A DNA stretch of 64,000 nucleotides from Kudoa neothunni (taxonomy: Eukaryota; Animalia; Cnidaria), in contig OZ199839.1 in NCBI GenBank assembly GCA_964304625.1, positions 3,462,724-3,526,723 of the forward strand. Reading direction: 5' to 3'. A model generated the notes under the pieces. That model searched no databases. It saw only the letters and a program-made list of their open reading frames with translations, and was not told where the DNA came from. The position numbers and the translations under genes were made by a program. This document shows, in pieces, positions 40,401 to 51,370 of the stretch (the first letter of the stretch is position 1; each line of letters opens with the position of its first letter).

Positions 40401-41860
40401 CACTGCAACACAATTTTACCCCGGATTCGATTAGTTTCCAACAATAATGCTGCAAATAGTGTAAGGTTTCACACCATGCCATAGGATGGAAATAGAAGTT
40501 CATTAGATAACGCTCGGCCACATAAACAACTATCGATTCGAATCCGAATCCAAATCAATCAAATTGAGCACACCAATTAACTTACTTCGTTTCACCAACA
40601 ACACTACATCTTCCACACCAAGAGGGTTATTCTTTTCCCAGATAATCCATTGAATCCACAGTGATTTCTACAGAGCACAATTATTTTAGTTATAATCGAG
40701 GCCACAGAAAGCTAAACATACTTGTTTCTGCTCGCTAGGAGTATTTTTGGGAGGGGTTGGAATGGTATTTCGTAGCAGACCTTTATTCATCGAAGAACAG
40801 TCCTAAATAATCATTATTTTGCATTTAACATGTGTAATATGTGATACCTTAGCAACTCTCTTGCTATTGGAGAAATCTTTGATTTTTTCACCGAGCACCT
40901 TGTCACTATTGAGGCGAGATACACACTGTTCAAAAGCGCTATACTCTTTCCAAAGAGCATCCAAATTGATCATTGGAATTTGAAGAGCTTCCTTTTAATA
41001 GTTTAATTTTATTTTTAAAAATCCACTCGACTAATATAAATCTAGCTTACATGATACAATTCGCGCAACTCTTTCACATTTAATATTTCGTTAAACGAGC
41101 CCTGATCAACGCTATATAAAATCACGCAATGTTTCATATTCCAATCATATTTGTATGCAGTTAAAAATACTTTGATTTCAAATGATTAATATAATCACAC
41201 CACAACTATACAACAGTTTATTATAGAATTTTTATGAATATTTTAAGCATTACTTTACATGCGTTGTAATCCAGCCCAGTTAACATTATTACTGTTTGGT
41301 AGCCTCTTTTGATGTGATCACTACAATCAAACGCGACCAATCAAATTTTATTAATACTGAAAAAATTACAAATAATCTTGCGATCCATTAAACTTTCTTT
41401 TCAAATAACTCATATACAATTCACACAATTCGACATCCCTTATAGTATTCATATATTGTTGGAATAACTATACGAAACATTAGTTTATGATGGTTTTTAT
41501 TTGCATAATTAAAAAATCCACTACGTTCTCAAGGTGTTCGGAGTAGGTTTCACTGTTCATTTCTTTTTTCACATAGATCTTAAGAAATGTGGCGCATGTT
41601 GGGAATTGTTTCATTGCTCTCTCGAAAAATGGTCTCGATTCTTCGATCGGTCTCATCTTGATGATCACATTAGCAAATGTAAATCTACAGTATGATACTT
41701 CCGCTTCTTTCACCAACAGTATCCAACAACTAACTTCAAAAGGATCCACATTGTTGATACATTCCTCGGCTATTCTGCCTTTTTCGGTATTACTCCAATA
41801 GGGGTTTAATGTGTTCAATGTATTTGGTGTATGAACATCTTTTCGATTCATATCTTCCAT
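34487..41860 (-). CDS. CSTF3: Cleavage stimulation factor 77 kDa subunit (CstF-77/Suf/Rna14), multi-exon, with a 4.2-kb intron (35624-39801)
   Basis: N-terminal DPFEVSCWILLVKEAE-MRPIEESRPFFERAMKQFP; LWCDYINHLK; ALK|RFGKNQQFIESFLFHL..NIRLIFERIL; PDLSQMRPF; HVVPGGLF..LLSLLPP; C-terminal SDVYQARLNKKLAQ*. All colinear with CstF-77. Confidence 0.92.
35815..35890. repeat. Compound (TAAC/TAAT/AAAC)n tetranucleotide microsatellite in the CSTF3 long intron
   Basis: ctaaactaaccaacttaattaattaattaattaattaactgactgattaactaacaaacaaac. Confidence 0.7.
36541..39110 (-). mobile_element. piggyBac (internally deleted) inside the CSTF3 intron, with a hAT nested in one TIR
   Basis: TTAA|CC[CTCTAAGG..hAT..CTCTACGG]ACTTTGGGGTCTTTTGGACCCC ... 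GGGGTCTCTTGTACCCCCAAAGTCCTTGGAGGG-spacer-CCTTAGAAGGGG|TTAA; minus-strand KSGIMWSFSKPIISR is homologous to the transposase N-terminus at 8410. Confidence 0.85.
36551..38048. mobile_element. hAT (Buster-type) non-autonomous element
   Basis: Perfect 17-bp TIR CAGGGGTTCTCAACCGG / CCGGTTGAGAACCCCTG; 8-bp TSD CTCTAAGG/CTCTACGG. Confidence 0.9.
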
Positions 41861-41987
41861 AGGTATTGGTTCTATTGTGGTATTCTATAAAAAAGTGAGA
41901 AAGCTCCAGAATTTTAGCTGTGTCCAATACCATCCTGCTTGTAAACCTCACTAAACGTGGTGTGCGCATGCGCAACAACCGCAAAAT
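41861..41987. promoter_or_regulatory. Putative bidirectional promoter between CSTF3 and PPIG with a perfect NRF-1 palindrome TGCGCATGCGCA (41963-41974)
   Basis: Divergent ATGs are separated by 127 bp; a 12-bp palindrome identical to the NRF-1/ewg consensus lies in an AT-rich background. Confidence 0.7.
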
Positions 41988-44063
41988 ATGAGTGCAAATG
42001 CTGACGCCAAAGTTTCACGTCCTCGAGTGTATTTCGATGTGTCAATAAATGAATCACAAGGTATATTCTTCGTTAAGTGACTATTTATTATTAAGATAAA
42101 TTCGTTAAATAGTTGGGCGAATAGTTATGGAGCTTTTTAGTGATATCTGCCCAATAACATGTGAGAATTTCCGTGTACTTTCAATCGGTAATTATGTATT
42201 AATTTGAATAATTATGAATATATTTAAGGGGGTTTCCAAAAGAAAAACCACCAACAACCAGCCACATTTAAAAACACCGTTTTTCATCGTGTTATCAAGG
42301 ATTTTATGATTCAAGGAGGTGACATTGAAAATCATGATGGCACAGGAGGCTTTTCTATATATGGTGATTGCTTCGATGGTATACTTTTTTTTTAATTTTG
42401 GAACGTGATATAAATGAAATAAATAATAGACGAAACCTTCCAACTCAAACATGATAAACCATTTCTTTTGTCAATGGCAAACAAAGGGCCGAACACTAAT
42501 GCATCTCAATTTTTTATGTAAATTAGTTGTTTAATATTCTACTCACACCTCTTTCTAGAACTACCAATCTTGCTCCTCATCTGGACAAGTATTTTTTTGT
42601 TGTAGTGTTAAATTGATTTAGTGGTTTAGTGTACATGTGGTTTTTGGACATGTTATCAAAGGAAAAGAAATTGTCATGTTGATCGAAAATCAAGAGGTTA
42701 ATCCAGAAGATTTCAAACCACTTGCAACTATTAAAATAATCAACTCGGGAGAACTTATAAAGGTTAGCACTGCGTTAAATCTAGCCAAAAGTACATTTCG
42801 ATAGAACTGTGGTTGTGATTTATATTGTGTGGTTTGTTAGACAAACTTTCGCAACAACCACCATCCGAAGAAAGTTCTGATCGAGATATTTCAAGCGGTA
42901 GCAGTGTGGAAGAGATTGAATCGGATGGTGAAACAATAGCTACCAGAGAACTTAGCGCGGAAGAAAAAGCCAAATTAACTGAACAAATTTATAAGTGATT
43001 ATATGTTGTTTGGTTACAACAGCTTTTTCATTCTTCCTATAGGGAAAAACTTAGACTTATCGCCAAAAAAATGAATGTCCCTATTGAAGCTATGGGATTG
43101 TTACCATTGGATATCAATGAAATCCCGAAAATACCTAAAAACCCCCTGCAACGTGATGTTTCCTATCATCGCACTCACTACAATCACAAACTCTACACTG
43201 ATTCAGGCTGCACAGTATTTTTTCTAATTTTCGTTATGCAAAATAGTATAACATTTATTTTAATATATATTTGTTAGAGCGGTTGATTAATTTTAATCTA
43301 TTCACTATAATTATAATAATTAACCACACGTATTAACTATTATTTGAAATATTATTTATTTAACTTCTGAAAATTACTAATTAATTTAATTATTGATGCG
43401 AAAAGCCGATTTTTTGGCATTAAATTTTGATTTTTAATTAAAACCTAATGACATCAATTAGGTTACATTTTTATTTCGGTATTGCTTAGGTGAAAATAAT
43501 TTTTATGATTAATTTTTTATAAAAAAATTGGAAAATTGTTTCAGTTTTAGAAGTAACTTTGTGCTCCGTAATAAATTCAAGTCCGAAATCACTGTTCTGT
43601 AAATAGGATTTTATAACGTAAATTTTACCATGTTTGAATTTTAAGCAGAAATTGATTTGACGATAAAACTCAAATTTCACTGGTGAGTAATAATAGTTTG
43701 AATGCTGAGAGGTTTATTTATAAGTAAAATCCAATTATTCAAATATAAGCAAGCGATATTTTAAACAATTAATTATGTATCAGTAAACTTGAGGATTAGG
43801 ATAATGAAGTGTACAATTTGATTGTAAATTCTTCAAATAATATAGAATCAAACTTTGGATATATGGTATCAAATAAGATATCTGAAATGACTCAATATAG
43901 ATAATATGTGAATTTTCATGGTAAGCATGGACGTTTGTAATTTTTCGTTAAAGATTCAGTCTAAAATCTAATAATTTTCACAGGAAACTTTACTGTGCAT
44001 TAATATCATCAATGTATAGATGATAATGTAAGAACCGATATTCTCAAGATTTACAACCTTTGA

Positions 44064-44100
<37 letters not shown>

Positions 44101-46722
44101 ATGAAAAAGTATTATTTTCTTAACAAATAGTAAATTAAGCTAATCATTTGAATTAGAGCATGGTGTTATAACAGTGCTTCCCAGAGAGTAAGGGGAAGAA
44201 TGTAAATTAATGGTTTGATGGCGACAAAATTTAATTAAAATTGAGGATAATTTTTGAAAATAAATTATCAATTTTTTTATATATTAATCGTAAAAATATA
44301 ATGAATTCATTGTTATTTTTCTTAGTGTAATCAGTTTCAATTTTTTGCTTTTAATATAATGCCCAAATATCGTAAGAGGCGCGTTTAATTAAAAAAAATT
44401 AATGAATGAAACATTTGGATTAATTATCTTCGAAATGAGCCTTACTATTAATACATTGAAAGGTAAAATATAATATTTATTTCTTGACAAACAATAAGAT
44501 ATTAAATTATATTGTAAAGATAAAATGAAATTATTTTTAGTTAATTTTTGAAACCAATTCTATATTAAACATAAGGCTGATCAATCCCACAATTTTAAGT
44601 GAGTTACGCCTTATCGTACATAGAATGGGTGCCGATTTATGTTTTTCATGAAAAGAAGGTGCAAATTCGATTTGAGCTGGAAGGCGCTGCGTTAGGATAT
44701 CCAGAAGGTCTATTATGACCTGTTTCGTACAATTCACATTAACGATTATTTTTTCGTAATTGCAAACAATAAATTTAAGATAAGAAATTATTTGATGATG
44801 AACAAGAAATTAATATAAGCAATAATTTTTTCGCAATGTGTTTAAATCTATCATTAGATTTTATATGGTAACGAGAGGGCACAATCACTTACTCAAGTCT
44901 CAAGTTGGTCACCGTGTTTGTTTTTTGTTGGCTCAATATAGGGTACTAATTTTACAAATGCGCAGTAAATTTGTGGTCGCAATTTTAAAATGAAACACAG
45001 ATGCCGAAACTATATAAACATTTGCTCCATGATTAGCTATCTTTCGTTCAACGTTCATTTCCACGCAAGTTTTCCATTGAGTATTCCCACTCCTTGCAGT
45101 CTTCTCATCGTTGCCTTATTCAAGCAAACATTAAAAAATTTTAATTAATTGCTAATAAACTGCAAAATGGATATAAATTTGAAGAATATATTTATATCTA
45201 ATATAAAAATTCCATTTTGGGTCGGGAATTGGGCATATTCTGCATTTTAAATTCTACTAAGCAAAATATTTTTATCCATTTAAGAATAGATTAAATTATA
45301 AATTTGTCATAATTTCAAGAATGAGTATGACCAGTGAAAATTAAAAGTATTTTGGGGAATCATAAAAAATAATGAAAACTTGCGACAATTAATTTTTATC
45401 ATTCGGATTAATCCACATTGAACTGAAATGACAATTATTGAGTTCATGTCAATTAACAAATGCGGATACGAATATTCGATATCGAGTAATGATATAGTTG
45501 AATTAATAAAAAATTTTAATACATAAGGGAATGTTAATTAAACTGGTCATTACTCTGAAATTTGTGAACGTTAATCTTATAATGAAGTCGTGTAATCTAA
45601 TTTGAAATCTATAAAACCACAATTTTTAAATGATGTGATAACTTTTAATTTCTTTAATAATATCTAAAATTTTAAAATTCACACTAAAGTCTTTCCATCA
45701 GGAGTAAATTATTTCATACCTGCATACATAGACACACAAAGGATTATGTATACATTAGAATATACATAGATGTTCGTTATTTGTTTAAAGGCATCATTAT
45801 TTTATTTTTGAATTATATTTTGACAACTTTTTTTATTTGTTGTTAAGTATTTCCAGCATAATTCCTGTTTTTAAAATATTTAATATTCTAATGAAAATAT
45901 TTTGTTTGTTGAACAATTACGTTTAATATAGTTTACTTGTTAAATTTATTATTCTGCTTCTATGCTCACCCTAAGTTAGGCCTTTCAATTTTCGAACTTA
46001 CCAACACTATATTTCAAGATTAAGCCATAAAATTTTCTTTCAAAAATCTCCACAAATACCTTGTACTTTCTTTTTAGGTAAAAGAGAATGGTAGAGTCAT
46101 TAAAGGTCGCGGAAAAATGGTAAGTTCTCCTCTTTTATATCATTCTGTATGTTTTTAGGATTACAAACCTGAAGATAAACAAATCCAAATCAAACATAAA
46201 CTGGCCTCATCAAAAAGTAAAAGAGGTCATTCTTCTGGTAGTCCTCGAGAAGATTCAAGACGGAAAGAGACTCTATCACCTAATAGTCCCCCAAAAAATT
46301 CAAAGCGAAAAAAATCCCCATCTCCTGATAGACCTAAAAAAGCTATTGAGCATCAATCGCCGTCCTCTGACAGTTCTAGAAGATATGTGAGACGTCGAAG
46401 ATCGTCCTCCTCTACCAGTCCACAAAAATATCGGAGGCACCAAAGTTCTCCATCTTCGCATAGTTCACAGAAAGATTCAAAACAAAAAAGATCTACAAAC
46501 GATTATCGAAGAACCTCAAAACGCCCCAGATCTCTATCTTCTTCTTCGTCGGATAACCGTCGAAAACGTCTGAGATCTTTGTCGTCGGATGATGAAAGAA
46601 GACGTTCAGCCTATCCTAAAGTAACTTGAAAACATTTCGCACGTTTCGTCATTAAAATTTTTTTATTTTAGTCAAAGCACAAAAGATCTTCTACGGGCAG
46701 CTCTATCAGTTCCAGTAGATAG
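41988..46722 (+). CDS. PPIG: Cyclophilin with Moca motif and RS-rich C-terminus (PPIG/NKTR family); 2.9-kb intron at ~43215-46077
   Basis: [75 protein letters not shown]; acidic linker, [18 protein letters not shown], then an Arg/Ser-rich tail. Confidence 0.9.
45700..45770 (-). mobile_element. Helitron 5' terminus in the PPIG long intron (3' end not located)
   Basis: Minus strand A|TCTATGTATATTCTAATGTATACATAATCCTTTGTGTGTCTATG matches the other Helitron 5' ends. Confidence 0.5.
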
Positions 46723-46877
46723 AAAATACTCTACAGCAAATTGTACTTATAATTAAGACACTATTGTTACGAAAATTTATGATTATTATATATCCTAATA
46801 TTCTAGTTTTAATATGTTAATATAAATTATTATTGTTTCAGTTTGCTGTGCTTTTCAGGATGTCTGATCTGGTAGAA

Positions 46878-49416
46878 CTATCTGCAGCATTTTTTAGGAC
46901 AGCCTGCAATACATGACTTTCTAAATTGTTAATAAAATTATAAATAAAATCATCTCAAGAATAACGATTAGATTGTTACTTGCAATGCATGTAATAGGGG
47001 GCGCAGCCAGCAGGCATTCCTTGTATTCCAGACATGTGTGATGCTGCCGAATTGCATGTTCCCATTAAAGCTGCACAGTCACTAGCAGATATATTAGGTA
47101 CTGCATTTTGTTGTTGAAGGCAGTTCTTAAACTAAATTAGTTATGCAATGGTTCTAATTATTTTTACAGAATTTTGGCAGTTGCAATATGGAGTAAGGCG
47201 GAACAATCCTGTTGTGCGGTTGGACTCATATTACCCTGAACTTGGGGTCCCTATCAAATATATTTAAATTAAATCATCTAAATTGAATTTCGCACTTGAA
47301 TTAATGGGTAACACTGTGACATCAAGGCTATGCATTGATCAATGTTTGCTGAAGCGGCATTTCCACCAGTAGAGCCACCTCCGAATTGCCCTGGCATACA
47401 GTTGGACAGGTAGGATTGACATTGTGGCTGAGAGAGTTGGGGAACACACGATGTCGAACCACTATCTGATCCACTATTTGGGAAACAATTGCCGAGAAGA
47501 CTTGCACATTGTTGGGCTATTTGTTGGTTGCCCTAGTGGTCAAAAATTTCGATTGGTTAATTTTTCCCCTATAGAAAACTACCGCGTTGGATGGCATACT
47601 ACGGCAATAACCCATCAAATTTTGACAGTTTACCATTGTTGATGGGCTCTACATGTAACTCAATAATAAAACTTGTTCAGCAACTACCATTGATGAACTG
47701 CAGGAAGAATCCATATAATCAAGACAACCACCAAGCATTGAGCTCAATTGGGTTTGTGATTGCGGGGGAGTCCACGTATCGTCACCCATAAAATTCTTTA
47801 ATACCGTCATATGTGACAGAATATTTGGAAAATAATACGTAATTTTGGCCTGACTGACATCCAAACAGAATAGGTGAACAAGATTGTGCCATAGGCATCG
47901 TTCCAGCTGCACAGTCGCTACTATAGGCTTGAGGAGCACATTGACCCATGAGAGATGTACATTGTTGCATGTAATTTTGGTTCATCTGGAATAGAGAAAA
48001 TTGTAATTAAACTGTAATTGAAACTAAAAATAATTATCATACGACATTGGTTGCGGCTTGTTGACACAAACCCAACAGGTTGTTGCACATACTGGGAGGT
48101 GTCATTGGATTCATCTATTAAAAAAGTGTTTAGTTCAACTCCCACTTTGCGAAATAATTACTGGAACTTGGGATTGGCCACCCCCACAAGAAGAAATCAT
48201 GTCCATACAATTTGAGAAATGAGAGTTAACATTGGGAATACATGACAAACCACAGTTCTAAAATAAAATTAATGATTTTTTTCATCCCTCGATAGTACTC
48301 CGCTCTGAGGCATTGGATTGTATGGAGGATTACATTGAGACATCATTTGGTTACATTGTGCCATGTTTCCTAACATAAAATGAGTTTTATTTGATCATAA
48401 TCATACCTCCCATCATATTTTGTTGGTTCTGTTGTGAATTCATCATATTATTAGATTGCATAGGATGATTCATCTGCATTTGTTGATTTGGATGCATCTG
48501 TTGATTAGGATGCATCTGTTGGTTTGGATGCATTTGCTGATTAGGATGCATCTGTTGATTTGGCTGCATCTGTTGATTTGGCTGCATTTGCTGATTAGGC
48601 TGATTGTGAAGTGTTTGAGATGGTGCTTGTTGGTTATTAGTGGGTTGGGGTGATTGCGGATTTTGTTGAGGAGGTTGATTAGGAACGTCTAAGCTTTTTG
48701 GTTTGGGTTTCCATTCTTCAATTATTTCACTATTTTTTTCTTCTGGTTCCTATGATAGCGTGAATTAATCTGTTGTTAACACAGCATTACTATGACTGGT
48801 TCCTCATCATTATCAATATTGGAGTCTAAAAATTTTAATTAAAACCAGAACACTCAACAATTAAGATACCATAATATTTGATGCTCGGCTGTTTTTTGTG
48901 GACCTTTTCCTTTATTTTTTTAACTTTATGTTTACGATTTACCTCTAAAATGTCAAAAAAACCAATTTACCATAATAAATAACAACATCTACTACTCATA
49001 CTTTTATTTTTATGTGTGCTATCAACTTTTGTGTGACTTTTCTCTATAATTTTATAGATCGGAAAGGTAAGTCAACATTAAGAAACTTACTTGATGCGGA
49101 GTCATTTTTAATCAGAGAAACTCTATGATGAGCTGATTTTTCATCCTTGTCTTCAAGTAATATAATTTTTTTGTTTTTCAGTGTGAGAGCTTTGGTTTTG
49201 TTCTTATTTTCATTCTCTAAATTTGATACTAGTGATAAGAAACAATATATTTTAACATTAACAACCAACCTTTTTTTACATCTTTTTCATGGTTTTTACT
49301 TTCTAAATCAAATATTCATTTTTAGCGCCTTAATCAAATTTCAGAATACCGTCTGCTATCAGCACATCTGTTGCAACCAAAAATAATACTAACAAAATCT
49401 TACTATATTTCTTCAT
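46878..49416 (-). CDS. Orphan secreted protein: signal peptide, Lys/His-rich region, Gln/Pro/Met repeat, ~12 CX6C modules and a C-terminal minicollagen-type CRD; candidate nematocyst/polar-capsule protein (about 17 exons, one apparent -1 frameshift at ~47190)
   Basis: MKKYSKILLVLFLVATDVLIA signal; (M[Q/H]PNQQ)x6; QCNQMMSQC, NCMDMISSC, MCNNLLGLC, QCTSLMGQC, SCSPILFGC, NCQNLMGYC, QCASLLGNC, QCQSYLSNC, QCIALMSQC, DCAALMGTC; ends GCAPYYMHCKKSCIAGCPKKCCR*. All introns are GT-AG. Confidence 0.85.
48480..48602 (-). repeat. 18-bp coding tandem repeat encoding M(Q/H)PNQQ
   Basis: Six full units plus a leading QPNQQ; the units differ mainly at synonymous positions. Confidence 0.9.
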
Positions 49417-51370
49417 ATTGGGCTATTCTAAAATCTTATATGTAACGGTTCGTATTTGACTGGTACAATTAGTCTTCTCTCTTGGTATTTGGATGTGTTT
49501 GTTAGCGTTTATTCAATGAGTGGCAAACCCAATAGAAGCATCCTCTGAATACTATAGTGTTCAAAGGTGGTAAAGGAATACTCATTAAAAACCAACCAAA
49601 ATGCCATGGTGAATCAATACAATTGGCCCTGCTTTATAAGTAATTCTATTCTAATTGAGTACATTCCGATCAAGGTCATCCATTTCTATCAATTTTTCCA
49701 ACCAACCTATACCGAAACAGGTTACTATGCGATGATAGAAACTAGTTCGACACTTTTCTGTAGAATTCTAATCTGTTCTATTCTAGTCTAACTATTGGTG
49801 TTAGTATTACGAATTTTGATAAATATTCAACTTATGAGAACATTAATTGATTTGTTTTATATGTTAGAATGAAATTGTATGATAAAAAGTAAAAAACTTT
49901 ATGGTGATTAGTTACAAATTCCCAATGGAAATTCACTTTATGAACGTTTCATGATCATAAAAAATTTCTAGGGCAATTTGCAAAATATTGTTGATAAATT
50001 AAGTTAAAAGATTGTTATCATAATAAAATTATTGTAAAGGTGTATCTATAAGTCTAAGGTTTTGCTAGGATGCAATTAAAATTATAAATAAACTTTTTTT
50101 ATAAAATCTAGAACAAAAATTTTTGATTTAAGAAGTAAAAATTATTCGAAAGATGTGTACAGTTGTTTACCTTGAAGTGATTTAATTTTAAAAGAGCTTT
50201 GTCAAGGATACATTAATTTTCCTAGCTGATAGAGATATTCGAAAAGTAACTCAACATCATATCTTGATATTTTATCAATCAAATGATTTTATATGAATAA
50301 AGAGAGATAAAATTTTAATTAAACTAACTAAACCCCTTACGCTGGCAGGAAACGTTAGATTCTCACTTTGTTCGAATTAATTTGGTTATTGTTTCTTTGA
50401 TGGCTATATTAATTTGATTTGTTTATTCTTCTTGTCCTTTGACTTCTTCAAATATTTAAATAATAAAGTTTTCATAGAATACTCAATAAAATTTTTAATT
50501 GAGAATATACAAGAAAACGTTTCTCATCACAAATCGTATCTAGTGTCTTGATAGGCCAAAGGATATTTCATTCAAAGTAATTTTTTTATTTGCAACTAAT
50601 AATGCTTTTTCAAGCTTATTGAAGAATTTATTAAATTTAAATTTTTCTCCCATTAGTACCAAATGAGAGACAAAATTTTACTAATTACATAAGCTCAAAT
50701 GATATATATTTAGAAAATCTTTTACACAGGCTTATAAATTCCACCAGGGATTAATTTATTTATATTTTTAGGTTTGTATAATTTTCAGCCCAGAAAATAC
50801 TTGGATTTCTCCACCAGAAATAATATCTCAATAGTGTATATGACATGATTTTTCTCAATTAAAACATATTTTTCTTCTCACTTTCATTCAATAAATTTAT
50901 TTCGAATAATTCTTTATGTCGTGTGCTCATACGTTTCTCATTGATTATAAATATTAAAATTCACATTATCCGGAATTTACTGGTTGGATGCGGTAAAATT
51001 CGTAAATTTTTATAAAAAAGTAATCATTATCACATCCCCCCCATCACACATTTATGATAACTGAATCTTTTATATTCGAATATCAATAATATTCACTGGA
51101 TTTTTACATAAATGTATTCTACATTTACGTTACCTCGTAAGTCCATGATTTTCATGCTTTGTTTTAGCATTCACATCATAGAAATTAAACCTGTAATAAT
51201 TCTACCATTTAAATTTAAAGTTCTTTATTACATTTTGTAAGATAATAGTTATTAGAATATTCTATTTTTAATTTAATTTGTTCCAGCCTACCTTAAATGA
51301 GTATGATTCCAAGGATTATTACAGAGGTTCTCGGCCAGGGATAAATTTCCGATGACACTTGGTAAATGAA

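Noticed and set aside
44064-44100. (AAT)n(ATT)n perfect palindrome
   Set aside because: A simple microsatellite junction, expected in AT-rich DNA.
48480-48602. CRISPR-like array
   Set aside because: These are contiguous 18-bp coding units with no spacers, in a eukaryotic gene.
46878-49416. Calling the CRD gene a minicollagen, NOWA or Cnidoin ortholog
   Set aside because: No Gly-X-Y or polyproline blocks, no CAP/C-type lectin domain and no GXGQQ repeats were seen; only the terminal CRD is shared.
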